This document shows, one piece after another, positions 27,834-36,357 of a stretch of DNA of 64,000 nucleotides. A model generated the notes under the pieces. It worked only from the letters and a program-made list of their open reading frames with translations, was not told the origin of the DNA and did not search any database. This stretch comes from an uncultured Dehalococcoidia bacterium (lineage in GTDB: Bacteria > Chloroflexota > Dehalococcoidia > Lucifugimonadales > CAJWUJ01). How positions within the stretch are numbered: the first letter of the stretch is position 1; every line of letters starts with the position of its first letter. Where the stretch lies: contig CAJWUJ010000003.1 of the NCBI GenBank assembly GCA_913047625.1, positions 76,835 to 140,834 on the forward strand, read 5' to 3'. Position numbers and translations under genes: made by a program.

Positions 27834-27859
27834 CGGATCCTCATAGGTATCTGGATCCG
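27834..27859 (+). other. Intercistronic stem-loop between the TRAP binding-protein and permease genes
   Basis: CGGATCC (27834-27840) and GGATCCG (27853-27859) form a perfect 7-bp stem with a 12-nt loop. No U-tract follows. Confidence 0.4.
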
Positions 27860-27935
27860 TGTAAAAAATGGCTAGGTGTTTGCAGTGCTCGATTAATTAT
27901 GAGCTTAGATCTGACACCTGAAGAGCGAGGTATAG

Positions 27936-28604
27936 ATGAGTTCTATGCAATCTGGAAACAGAAGTGGAGTTATGGGATCTCTTGACTCTGCGGCGGCTGT
28001 GGTCGCTGGCTTTAGAGAGCAGATGGCCAAATCTGCCACCATGATGGCGCGTGTCTCAGGGTGGTTATTTGTAGCAATCTCTCTATTCATAACGTCTGAC
28101 ATTATTACAAGAAAGCTATTCCTATTTTCGTCGAGAGCTACTGACGAATACAGCAACTACGGGTTTGCCTTCGCAACGTCGTGGGCAATGGGTTACGCTC
28201 TGCTAACCAAGGCTCACGTGCGAGTTGATGTACTTCTGGTTAGATTTCCTCCGGCGGTTCAAGGTTATCTGAATACCTTTGCTTTAGTATTGGTCAACTT
28301 TATGATGGCTTATGTGGTTTATTATGCTTGGCAAACAGTCTTTTTCTCCTTCCAAATTGGAGCTCAGGCGCCTACTATCCAGCGGACACCACTCGCGTGG
28401 CCTCAATCTGTGTGGGCTATCGGCCTTACCTTTTTCTGGTTTGTGGCGTTTATAATGCTAGTTGAGACACTGTTGGATTTGGCTAGAGGTAAAGCAAGAG
28501 AATTAGCTCACAAAATTGGGCCACTTTCTGTCCAAGCTGAAATTGACGAAGCTCTGGAAGCTGCTGGTCTTGAAGCGACTACAGCGGAGGAGGCAAAGAA
28601 ATGA
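27936..28604 (+). CDS. TRAP transporter small permease (DctQ family)
   Basis: 4-TM hydrophobic protein. GAGG lies 5 nt upstream, and there is an ATGA overlap with the DctM gene. Confidence 0.8.
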   Translation: MSSMQSGNRSGVMGSLDSAAAVVAGFREQMAKSATMMARVSGWLFVAISLFITSDIITRKLFLFSSRATDEYSNYGFAFATSWAMGYALLTKAHVRVDVLLVRFPPAVQGYLNTFALVLVNFMMAYVVYYAWQTVFFSFQIGAQAPTIQRTPLAWPQSVWAIGLTFFWFVAFIMLVETLLDLARGKARELAHKIGPLSVQAEIDEALEAAGLEATTAEEAKK

Positions 28605-29926
28605 CAGGAGTCTTATTAGGAACTACTTTTAGTATCTTGCTGCTGTTCTTGGGAGCTGCCGTTTATATCGGGGCGACACTTGGCTCTCTGGGGTTAATTC
28701 TTGGATTTATATTTTCCGATCGGCCTTTGTATATGGCGATCGGAGATCTAGCATGGACTCCGAGTACGAGCTTTGTTCTGGTTGCTGTACCTTTGTTTAT
28801 TCTAATGGGTGAAATATTGCTTCGTAGTGGTATTACTGATCGATTATATACATCGTTAGGTGGCTGGCTTAACTTTTTACCCGGTGGGCTGATGCATACT
28901 AATATTGCTTCTTGCTCAGTCTTTGCTGCAGTGTCAGGATCGAGCGTTGCTACTGCTGCTACCATAGGAACTGTTGCCTTACCGGCATTTGAACGAGCTG
29001 GCTATAACGAAAGGCTAGTGCTGGGATCGCTGGCAGCTGGCGGGACCTTGGGTATCCTGATTCCCCCCAGTATCAACATGATCATCTATGGATTGCTCAC
29101 TGATACTTCAATAGGCAGGTTGTTCTTCGGTGGTTTTATACCAGGTTTCATGCTGGCAGGTATTTTCATGCTTTTCATAGCTGCTGCCGCTGGAGTAAAT
29201 CCGGGTGTCGCTCCTAAAGAAGTATTGCCTTCAATGAGGGAAAGAATCAAAGGATTAAGCAATATCCTGCCTATGGTTTTTCTGATTCTTTTGGTTATGG
29301 GTAGTATTTATTTAGGATGGGCCACACCGACGGAAGCAGCTGCCCTTGGTGTCGTTGGCTCTCTTGTTCTGGCAATAGTATTTAGGCGATTGAATTTCAA
29401 GATGCTTTCTGAATCGACAGAGTCGACGGCTCGGACGGGAGCTATGGTAACGTTTATTGTTATCGGTGCTTTTCTGTTCAACTTTTTTATAACTGCATTA
29501 GGGCTTCCAAGGGCTATCACAAGTGCTATAACGGAACTTGGTATACCTCCACTGGCAACCCTTGGCTTGCTTATTATCTTTTACCTTGTTTTGGGAATGT
29601 TTATGGAAACCTTGTCTATCATGGTGACGACCTTACCAGTAACGTTTCCTGTAATACATCACTTGGCAATGGAGAATCCAGAAATAAGAGTCTTTGATCC
29701 TGTTGCCTACGGTATTTTATTTGTCATACTCATTGAGTCTGCTTTGATAACTCCGCCTGTAGGTGTCAACCTGTACGTTATTCAGGGAATCAGAAAGACT
29801 GTTGGGCCTATGACTGATGTGATTGTTGGAGCAGTTCCATTTTTCATATGTATGATTATTATGATGGGAATAATAGTAGCATTTCCCGACTTAGCCTTGT
29901 GGCTGCCGAATATGGTATTTGATTAG
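28601..29926 (+). CDS. TRAP transporter large permease (DctM family)
   Basis: 441-aa polytopic protein with a DctM-like pattern (FILMGEIL, SGSSVATAATIG, PPS..MIIYG). Confidence 0.9.
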   Translation: MTGVLLGTTFSILLLFLGAAVYIGATLGSLGLILGFIFSDRPLYMAIGDLAWTPSTSFVLVAVPLFILMGEILLRSGITDRLYTSLGGWLNFLPGGLMHTNIASCSVFAAVSGSSVATAATIGTVALPAFERAGYNERLVLGSLAAGGTLGILIPPSINMIIYGLLTDTSIGRLFFGGFIPGFMLAGIFMLFIAAAAGVNPGVAPKEVLPSMRERIKGLSNILPMVFLILLVMGSIYLGWATPTEAAALGVVGSLVLAIVFRRLNFKMLSESTESTARTGAMVTFIVIGAFLFNFFITALGLPRAITSAITELGIPPLATLGLLIIFYLVLGMFMETLSIMVTTLPVTFPVIHHLAMENPEIRVFDPVAYGILFVILIESALITPPVGVNLYVIQGIRKTVGPMTDVIVGAVPFFICMIIMMGIIVAFPDLALWLPNMVFD

Positions 29927-30019
29927 TCGAAGGCTGTATTCTATTTATGATGAGCTTTTGACAAAACGGGAAAAATTAGAAGAACAAATAAAGAAAAAAC
30001 AGAGGGAGAACTTCGTAAT

Positions 30020-31354
30020 ATGAGTCAAATTGAGCAAGATTATCTGATTAAGCATGCCAAATCTGCAGAGCTTTACACTAGAGCAAAGGAATGTTTTCCG
30101 AGTGGAGTAACACACGATATTAGGTACCTGAAGCCGTTCCCTATTTTTTCAAGGGAAGCCAAGGGTGGCAGGAAATGGGATGTTGACGGTAATGAATATG
30201 TAGACTTTTTTATGGGTCATGGTGCTCTTCTGCTTGGCCATTCTAATCCTAATGTGGTACAGGCAATTCAAAACCAGGCTGGATTAGCTACTCACTCAGG
30301 AGCTAGCCATGAACTGGAAGTAGAATGGGCTGAGCTTGTTAAACAACTAATACCTGCTGCAGAAAAAGTACGGTTCCATTCATCTGGCACCGAGTCCACA
30401 TTAATGGCACTGCGATTAGCTAGAGGGTACACAGGAAAAAACAAGATAGTAAAATTCCAGTCTCATTTTCACGGTTGGCACGACTATATGGTCAAAGGAA
30501 ATGCCACGCTCACAGGAGTGCCTGAAGGTACATCAGACACTGTGATTGTGCTACCTCCCAACGATATTGATATTGTTGAGAAAACACTAAAGGAAGATAA
30601 AGATATCGCGGCAGTAATTTTAGAGCCCACCGGGGCGAACTTCGGCGTGTTGCCGATTTTTCCTTCTTTCCTCCGTGATCTCCGAGAGTCTACCAAACGG
30701 CACGAGGTCTTGCTTATTTTCGACGAGGTCGTAACTGGTTTTAGGATATCGAAGGGGGGAGCTCAGGAAAAATATGGAGTTACCCCAGATATGACCACAT
30801 TGGCTAAAATACTGGCCGGAGGAATGCCTGGAGGAGCTTCTACAGGTCGCGCGGATATTATGGATATGATATCTCACACCAGCGATGCAGAATGGAACAC
30901 AAAGAGAAGAATAGCCCACCAAGGTACATTCAATGCAAACCCAATGGCTGCTGCCGCTGGAGTGGCTGCACTCAGCCAGATTGCTTCCCAGCCTATTAAT
31001 GAAAAGGCGGATGCAAATGCGAAATTACTCAAGGACGGCCTCAATGATTTATTTGCTCGTATAGAAGTACCAGGATGTGCTTGTGGCGTAGCATCTATCG
31101 TGGAGATAAAATTAGGAATTCCCTGTGTTTGTCCGCACCGAGAAGTTTGCGAGATGCCTCACGAAGGTATTAAGGGACAGATGGGAGCAGCCTTCCAGTC
31201 CAAGTTAAGGCTTGCGTTAATAAATGCAGGTATGGACACTTCACGAGGAACCCTACTGATGGTTTCATCTGCTCACACAAAGAAAGACATCGACGACACT
31301 ATTTTTGCATACGAACGTGCTATTGCTGCGCTTAGAAAAGAGGAGCTTCTCTAA
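30020..31354 (+). CDS. Class-III PLP aminotransferase, glutamate-1-semialdehyde aminomutase-like (paralogue 1)
   Basis: FHGWHD, ILEPTGA and IFDEVVTGFR motifs, PLP-lysine in LAKILAGGMPGGA. Cys-rich C-terminal patch PGCACG...CVCPHREVC. Confidence 0.85.
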   Translation: MSQIEQDYLIKHAKSAELYTRAKECFPSGVTHDIRYLKPFPIFSREAKGGRKWDVDGNEYVDFFMGHGALLLGHSNPNVVQAIQNQAGLATHSGASHELEVEWAELVKQLIPAAEKVRFHSSGTESTLMALRLARGYTGKNKIVKFQSHFHGWHDYMVKGNATLTGVPEGTSDTVIVLPPNDIDIVEKTLKEDKDIAAVILEPTGANFGVLPIFPSFLRDLRESTKRHEVLLIFDEVVTGFRISKGGAQEKYGVTPDMTTLAKILAGGMPGGASTGRADIMDMISHTSDAEWNTKRRIAHQGTFNANPMAAAAGVAALSQIASQPINEKADANAKLLKDGLNDLFARIEVPGCACGVASIVEIKLGIPCVCPHREVCEMPHEGIKGQMGAAFQSKLRLALINAGMDTSRGTLLMVSSAHTKKDIDDTIFAYERAIAALRKEELL

Positions 31355-31404
31355 TTAATTGATCTTGACAGCTGACAAGAACCCGAACTAAGGAGAATGT
31401 GAAT

Positions 31405-32751
31405 ATGACTACTATTAACGAACAGTTTTTACAAGCCCATCCGAAATCGGCTGCATTGCATAAACGTGCTCTCGCGCATTTCCCAAATGGAGTCACTCAT
31501 GACAACAGAAACATGTCGCCACATCCTTTATACGTGACTCACGGTAAGGGATCTCGGAAATGGGATGTTGATGGAAACGAATATATTGACTGGGTTACCG
31601 GGCACGGCTCTTTATTATTGGGCCATTCCAGGCCAGAAGTAGTCAAAGCAGTCCAGGACCAAATGGCAAAAGCATCCCATCCTGGTGCCTCTCATGAGAA
31701 GGAAATTGAATGGGCAGAACTGATTAAAGAATTAATACCTTCTGCCGAGAAGATCCGGTTTCATTCTTCAGGAACTGAAGCAAGTCTCATGGCCTTTAGG
31801 ATGGTACGGGCTTATAGCGGCAAAAGTAAAATTATTAAGTTTCAGGGTCATTTCCACGGTTGGCACGACGGAGCAGCACCAGGCTGGGCCAATACTGTTG
31901 GAATAACTAAAGGTGCTACTTCGGATACTATAGTATTGCCTCCCAATAACATTGATTTGGTAGAAAAAACTATCAAGGAAGACAAGGACGTTGCAGCAGT
32001 TATTCTGGAACCGACTGGGGCTGGGATGGGATTTTTCCCTATTGCTCCCTCCTTCTTGCACCAGCTCAGGAAAGTAACGACAGATAATAACGTTATATTA
32101 ATTTTTGACGAGGTGGTCCAAGGATTTCGAGCATCTCGTAACGGTACTCAAGGACGATACGGAGTGATTCCAGATATGACATTGCTAGCAAAGATTTTGG
32201 CTGGTGGATTGCCCGGGGGAGCGGTTACAGGAAGAGCAGACATCATTGATATGTTGGAATTTAAGGATGCCGAATGGAATAAGACTAGACGGATCACCCA
32301 TCCGGGGACATTTAATGGCAATCCGCTGTCTGCCGCTGCTGGTGTTGCTGCACTATCATTGATTGCTAATGAGCCTATTAATGAGACTTCTGAAAGTACT
32401 GCTAGAAAGCTGAAAAGTGGATTAAGCGAATTACTCACTACGATGGAAATTCCTGGATGTGCGTGTGGGATTGGATCTACAGTTCAACTTCATTTGGGTT
32501 ATGGACATGAACATGCTGAAGAGCAAGGTGATGAAATTTGTACCTTAGATCACGATAAGATTAGAGCTTTTAATGCTACTCCTGTGGCAGGCAGGTTAAA
32601 AATAGCCTTGATCAATGCTGGAGTCGACACGAATAAAGGGGTTAACTTATTAGTTCAGTCTGCACATACTGATGAAGATGTGGCAAAAACTCTTTCCGCA
32701 TACGAACAGGCTTTTAAGGAATTACGAACCGAAAACGTGTTGGAATTTTGA
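31405..32751 (+). CDS. Class-III PLP aminotransferase, GSA-aminomutase-like (paralogue 2)
   Basis: Collinear with paralogue 1 (FHGWHD, ILEPTGA, IFDEVVQGFR, LAKILAGGLPGGA, PGCACG). ATG 31405 (AAGGAG 9 nt upstream) is preferred over GTG 31399. Confidence 0.85.
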   Translation: MTTINEQFLQAHPKSAALHKRALAHFPNGVTHDNRNMSPHPLYVTHGKGSRKWDVDGNEYIDWVTGHGSLLLGHSRPEVVKAVQDQMAKASHPGASHEKEIEWAELIKELIPSAEKIRFHSSGTEASLMAFRMVRAYSGKSKIIKFQGHFHGWHDGAAPGWANTVGITKGATSDTIVLPPNNIDLVEKTIKEDKDVAAVILEPTGAGMGFFPIAPSFLHQLRKVTTDNNVILIFDEVVQGFRASRNGTQGRYGVIPDMTLLAKILAGGLPGGAVTGRADIIDMLEFKDAEWNKTRRITHPGTFNGNPLSAAAGVAALSLIANEPINETSESTARKLKSGLSELLTTMEIPGCACGIGSTVQLHLGYGHEHAEEQGDEICTLDHDKIRAFNATPVAGRLKIALINAGVDTNKGVNLLVQSAHTDEDVAKTLSAYEQAFKELRTENVLEF

Positions 32752-32807
32752 TACGGTCAAAATAGTGCGATCTCCTAGAAGCGCTTAAGTTCCTTGGAGG
32801 AGGGTGT

Positions 32808-34493
32808 ATGTCTCAGCATATGGCTGCTGGTGAAGTAGTTGTTCGCTCGTTAATAGCTGAAGGCGTGAAGCACGTTTTTGGTATAGTGGGATCCACGTTT
32901 CTACCTGTTCTGGACAGTATGTATGACAGGGACGAAATCCAGTATATAAGTGTTCGGCATGAGCAGGCAGCTGGCTTCATGGCTGACGGATTCGCTAGAG
33001 CAACCGGAACACCCGCAGTTTGCTTAGTAACGGGTGGTCCTGGGGCTATGAATTTGCTTAGTGGTTTATGTAGCACCCGAGCAGCTCAGTCTCCCGTTAT
33101 TGCTCTGGCAGGCGTATCGTCCTCGGCTAACACTGATCGAAAAGCATTTCAAGAGTTTGATCTGATCTCTATTTTTAGACCAATGGTGAAAGAGGCGTTG
33201 CAACTAACAAGCCCGATCCTTATTTCTGAAATGATGAGATACGTATTTCGTACTGCTCTGACAGGGAATAAGGGTGCAGTATTCCTAGAAATGCCGAGAG
33301 ATTACCTAGAAGCATCAGTGGAATACGAGCCTTTTCACTCCTCCGTGTCTGAAAAGATACCTTGTGTACTCTATCCGAACCCTCAGGATATTACTCGGGC
33401 CACGTCATTGATTGAAGAAGCAGAAAGACCCTTGATTATTGCCGGAGGAGGAGTTACCGCTGCCAATGCGTCAGAAGATGTAGTGAATCTAGCTGAAATG
33501 TTGAATATTCCAATTGTTACAGCTTACGGAAGAAACGACGCTGTTCCCAATAACAGTAAACATTACGTAGGCCCTCTTGGAAGAGCAGGATCACCTGAAG
33601 CAGGTCAATTATGCTCAGAATCTGATTTAATCTTGGCTATAGGGACGAGATTATGGCACTTCACTACTTTTTATGATGACAGATATTTAAAAAAGAATGT
33701 CAAAATTATTCAAGTCAATACTGATTCTTCCGAAATCGGAAGGCATTACCCAGTTGAGCTCGGCATAACTTCTGATGCTAAAATGACAGTTCAGGCTTTA
33801 TTGACAAGTCTTACCAATCAGTCAGTCACCAAAAATGAAGCGACTTGGGCCCTTAGAACCAAAGAGCTCAGGCAGCAAAGAATGAATAGATTGGAAAAGG
33901 AAGCCTCTCCCGGAACATCTAGTCTGTTGCCGCAACAAGTGTACGCTGAATTGCGCAAATCATTGCCTCCCCAAACTATAGTAACTCTTGATGCTGGGGC
34001 ATGCCCTGCTTTTGCGTATGACAGGTTGCATTTCAATGCTGGCCGAACTTTCTTTTCTCCTTTGGATGCTGGGGTTTTAGGGTTTGCTTTTCCCGAGGCT
34101 ATTGGGGCTAAATTGGGTAGGCCGGAAGCTCCGGTACTTGCTATCCACGGGGATGGAGGATTCCTCTTCAACTCACAAGAACTGGAAACAGCAGTGAGGG
34201 AAAAAATCCCAGTTGTTACACTGGTTATGAACAACGGTTCTTGGGGATCCGAAAAGGCATATCAAAGAAAGGATTACGGTGATAGATTTGTGGGAATTGA
34301 TCTGGTAAATCCTAGGTTTGATGAATATGCAAAATTATTTGGGGCAAACGGCTACTTTATTGATAAGGCCGCGGATATCCCCGAGTGTTTATCTCTAGCG
34401 TTCAAATCGGAACTCCCTACAGTTATCGAAATAAAAGTAGATCCGGATGAATTTCCAGCACCAGTAAATATTTTCAAAGAAAAAGTAAAGTGA
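32808..34493 (+). CDS. Thiamine-diphosphate-dependent enzyme (acetolactate synthase large-subunit / sulfoacetaldehyde acetyltransferase-like fold)
   Basis: N-terminal Pyr domain (GGPGAMN) and C-terminal ThDP motif GDGGFLFNSQELETAVREKIPVVTLVMNNGSWG. 561 aa. Confidence 0.85.
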   Translation: MSQHMAAGEVVVRSLIAEGVKHVFGIVGSTFLPVLDSMYDRDEIQYISVRHEQAAGFMADGFARATGTPAVCLVTGGPGAMNLLSGLCSTRAAQSPVIALAGVSSSANTDRKAFQEFDLISIFRPMVKEALQLTSPILISEMMRYVFRTALTGNKGAVFLEMPRDYLEASVEYEPFHSSVSEKIPCVLYPNPQDITRATSLIEEAERPLIIAGGGVTAANASEDVVNLAEMLNIPIVTAYGRNDAVPNNSKHYVGPLGRAGSPEAGQLCSESDLILAIGTRLWHFTTFYDDRYLKKNVKIIQVNTDSSEIGRHYPVELGITSDAKMTVQALLTSLTNQSVTKNEATWALRTKELRQQRMNRLEKEASPGTSSLLPQQVYAELRKSLPPQTIVTLDAGACPAFAYDRLHFNAGRTFFSPLDAGVLGFAFPEAIGAKLGRPEAPVLAIHGDGGFLFNSQELETAVREKIPVVTLVMNNGSWGSEKAYQRKDYGDRFVGIDLVNPRFDEYAKLFGANGYFIDKAADIPECLSLAFKSELPTVIEIKVDPDEFPAPVNIFKEKVK

Positions 34494-34502
34494 GGACATA
34501 CT

Positions 34503-34694
34503 ATGGCGTTATCGTCTGAAGACAGGGTTAGGGAAGCTGCATCCCTTATAGGTATGCCAATCCCAGAACACGATATAAAAGAAATTGCTGCAAGATTTAC
34601 AGCGTTGATTGAGAGTTTCCGTTCGCTTGATGATCTTGAGTTGCAGCATGAACTTCCATACCATACCGATTTGTCTGAGGCACAACATGAGTAA
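34503..34694 (+). CDS. GatC-like / AtzG-like small subunit candidate (63 aa) coupled to amidase 1
   Basis: GAGGA lies 6 nt upstream. The stop overlaps the amidase ATG (ATGAGTAA). By eye, the helix pattern VREAASLIGMPIPEHDIKEIAARFTALIESFRSLDDL parallels the GatC N-terminal region. Confidence 0.6.
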   Translation: MALSSEDRVREAASLIGMPIPEHDIKEIAARFTALIESFRSLDDLELQHELPYHTDLSEAQHE

Positions 34695-36114
34695 TCTAGA
34701 CCTAAAGACAGCCAGCATTGATACTCTGGTGAAGGCCATGAGAAAACAAGAACTGTCACCAGTTGAACTAGTTAACTGGTACCTTGAGCGTATCGAAAAA
34801 TTGAATCCTGTGCTTAATTCCTATATCACCGTTTGCGCTGATGAAGCCCGGGAGCAGGCTAGGAAAGCAGAAGCATTGTTGGCTAATAAAGCTGAGACAG
34901 GCCCCCTCGTGGGAGTTCCTATTGCTTTAAAGGATCAAATCTTCACTAAGGGAATCAGAACAACGAATGGATCGCTTTACTATAAGGATCACATCCCAAC
35001 TGAAGATGCGACGGTGGTAACCAAGCTCAAGGACGCCGGAGCTATCATTATAGGAAAAGCTAATATGAGCGAGTTTGCCCTGGGAGGAACCCGAAAGTAT
35101 CCGTATGGAACTCCTCGGAACCCATGGGATCTTGATCGGGATCCAGGCACTTCGAGTGCTGGTTCCGGTTCTGCAGTTTCAGCGAGACTGTGTGCAGCGT
35201 CCTTGGGAGAAGACACAGGTGGATCAGTACGAGGTCCTGCCGGGCACTGTGGAGTTGTCGGGATTAGGCCTACCTACGGCAGGATAAGTAGACATGGCTT
35301 TTTTGGGGCTGTTTGGTTTACCGATACAATAGGTCCAATAACAACCTGTGTGGAAGATAATGCCCTAATAGTAAGGACTATATCGGGCAAAGATTCCAAA
35401 GATGTCACGACCAAGCCAATCCCTGTGCCAAATTACACGGAGGGTCTGGGAAAATCAATTAAAGGCCTGCGCATTGGTATCTTAAAAGAATATATGGAGC
35501 ATGAAGGTTTGGATTCTGAAGTCAGGACAGTTGTTGAAGCAGCGACGGAGGTTTTTCGTGAAGCAGGTGCTTCTGTCAAAACTGTTTCCGTCCCGTTTGT
35601 ATCGCGGTCTGGGCCTGTATTTATAGCTTTGGCGGACAGTGAGGCTGCTGCGGCCACTGACCACGTACTGAGGGACAATAGTGCAATTTTAGATTCTGCT
35701 ACCCGTACGCGTTTGCTTGCAGGCTCATTGACCCCATCATATATTTATCATAGGGCTTTGCGGGCGAAAGCGATGCTTACAAATCAATTTCATGCTGCCC
35801 TTAAGGATGTGGATATTTTGATATCCCCTACCCAGCCGACGGCGGCGCCACTGATTGAGACAGGTGAGAAGGTCTTTTCTAGTGCGGAAGATGTGGCTAA
35901 GCGCTTGCACACTCACCGATCCTTCTGTGCTTCTTTTGCCATGGCTGCTTTGCCTGCTATTTCTATACCATGCGGACTCACACCTAATGGATTGCCGGTA
36001 GGATTGCATTTAGCAGGAAGGCCTTTTGAAGAAGAAGTGCTATTTCAGGCTGGATATGCTTATCAAGAAACGACCCAATGGAACAAATCGCTACCTCCAT
36101 TGGCTGTCTCTTGA
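34687..36114 (+). CDS. Amidase-signature enzyme (GatA/AtzE-like), copy 1
   Basis: Catalytic Lys in PIALKD, Ser loop GTSSAGSGS (a degenerate GGSSGGS) and nucleophile motif DTGGSVRGPA. ATG 34687 gives the typical N-terminus; the ORF track start at 34609 is an upstream extension. Confidence 0.9.
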   Translation: MSNLDLKTASIDTLVKAMRKQELSPVELVNWYLERIEKLNPVLNSYITVCADEAREQARKAEALLANKAETGPLVGVPIALKDQIFTKGIRTTNGSLYYKDHIPTEDATVVTKLKDAGAIIIGKANMSEFALGGTRKYPYGTPRNPWDLDRDPGTSSAGSGSAVSARLCAASLGEDTGGSVRGPAGHCGVVGIRPTYGRISRHGFFGAVWFTDTIGPITTCVEDNALIVRTISGKDSKDVTTKPIPVPNYTEGLGKSIKGLRIGILKEYMEHEGLDSEVRTVVEAATEVFREAGASVKTVSVPFVSRSGPVFIALADSEAAAATDHVLRDNSAILDSATRTRLLAGSLTPSYIYHRALRAKAMLTNQFHAALKDVDILISPTQPTAAPLIETGEKVFSSAEDVAKRLHTHRSFCASFAMAALPAISIPCGLTPNGLPVGLHLAGRPFEEEVLFQAGYAYQETTQWNKSLPPLAVS

Positions 36115-36141
36115 AATCAACTGTGTGAAAGGACGGGTAAA

Positions 36142-36357
36142 GTGGAAAAAAGCAATAGAGTCGTTACAAGAGAGGTAATCAAAACTATGGCTTTAGCTAG
36201 AGGTATAAAGCTATCGGATCAGAGGGCAGAAGCCTTGATCCCAGAGCTAACTACGGTAGTAGAGGGATTAGAGGCACTTCGATCCATGTTAGAAGATAGC
36301 AAGTTAGAACCATCTTTGGTATTCCACGTACCTGGGCAGGTTAAACATGTCGGATAG
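36142..36357 (+). CDS. GatC-like / AtzG-like small subunit candidate (71 aa) coupled to amidase 2
   Basis: GTG start with AAAGGA 8 nt upstream and an 11-nt overlap with the amidase 2 start. VIKTMALARGIKLSDQRAEALIPELTTVVEGLEALRSM resembles GatC VRHLATLARIKFSSEEIEKMQQELNSILDPIKML. Confidence 0.6.
   Translation: MEKSNRVVTREVIKTMALARGIKLSDQRAEALIPELTTVVEGLEALRSMLEDSKLEPSLVFHVPGQVKHVG

Noticed and set aside
27791-27985. 64-aa ORF in the dctP-dctQ spacer
   Set aside because: It has no RBS, a Cys/Trp-rich unlikely composition, and overlaps the DctQ start. The region is better explained by RNA hairpins.
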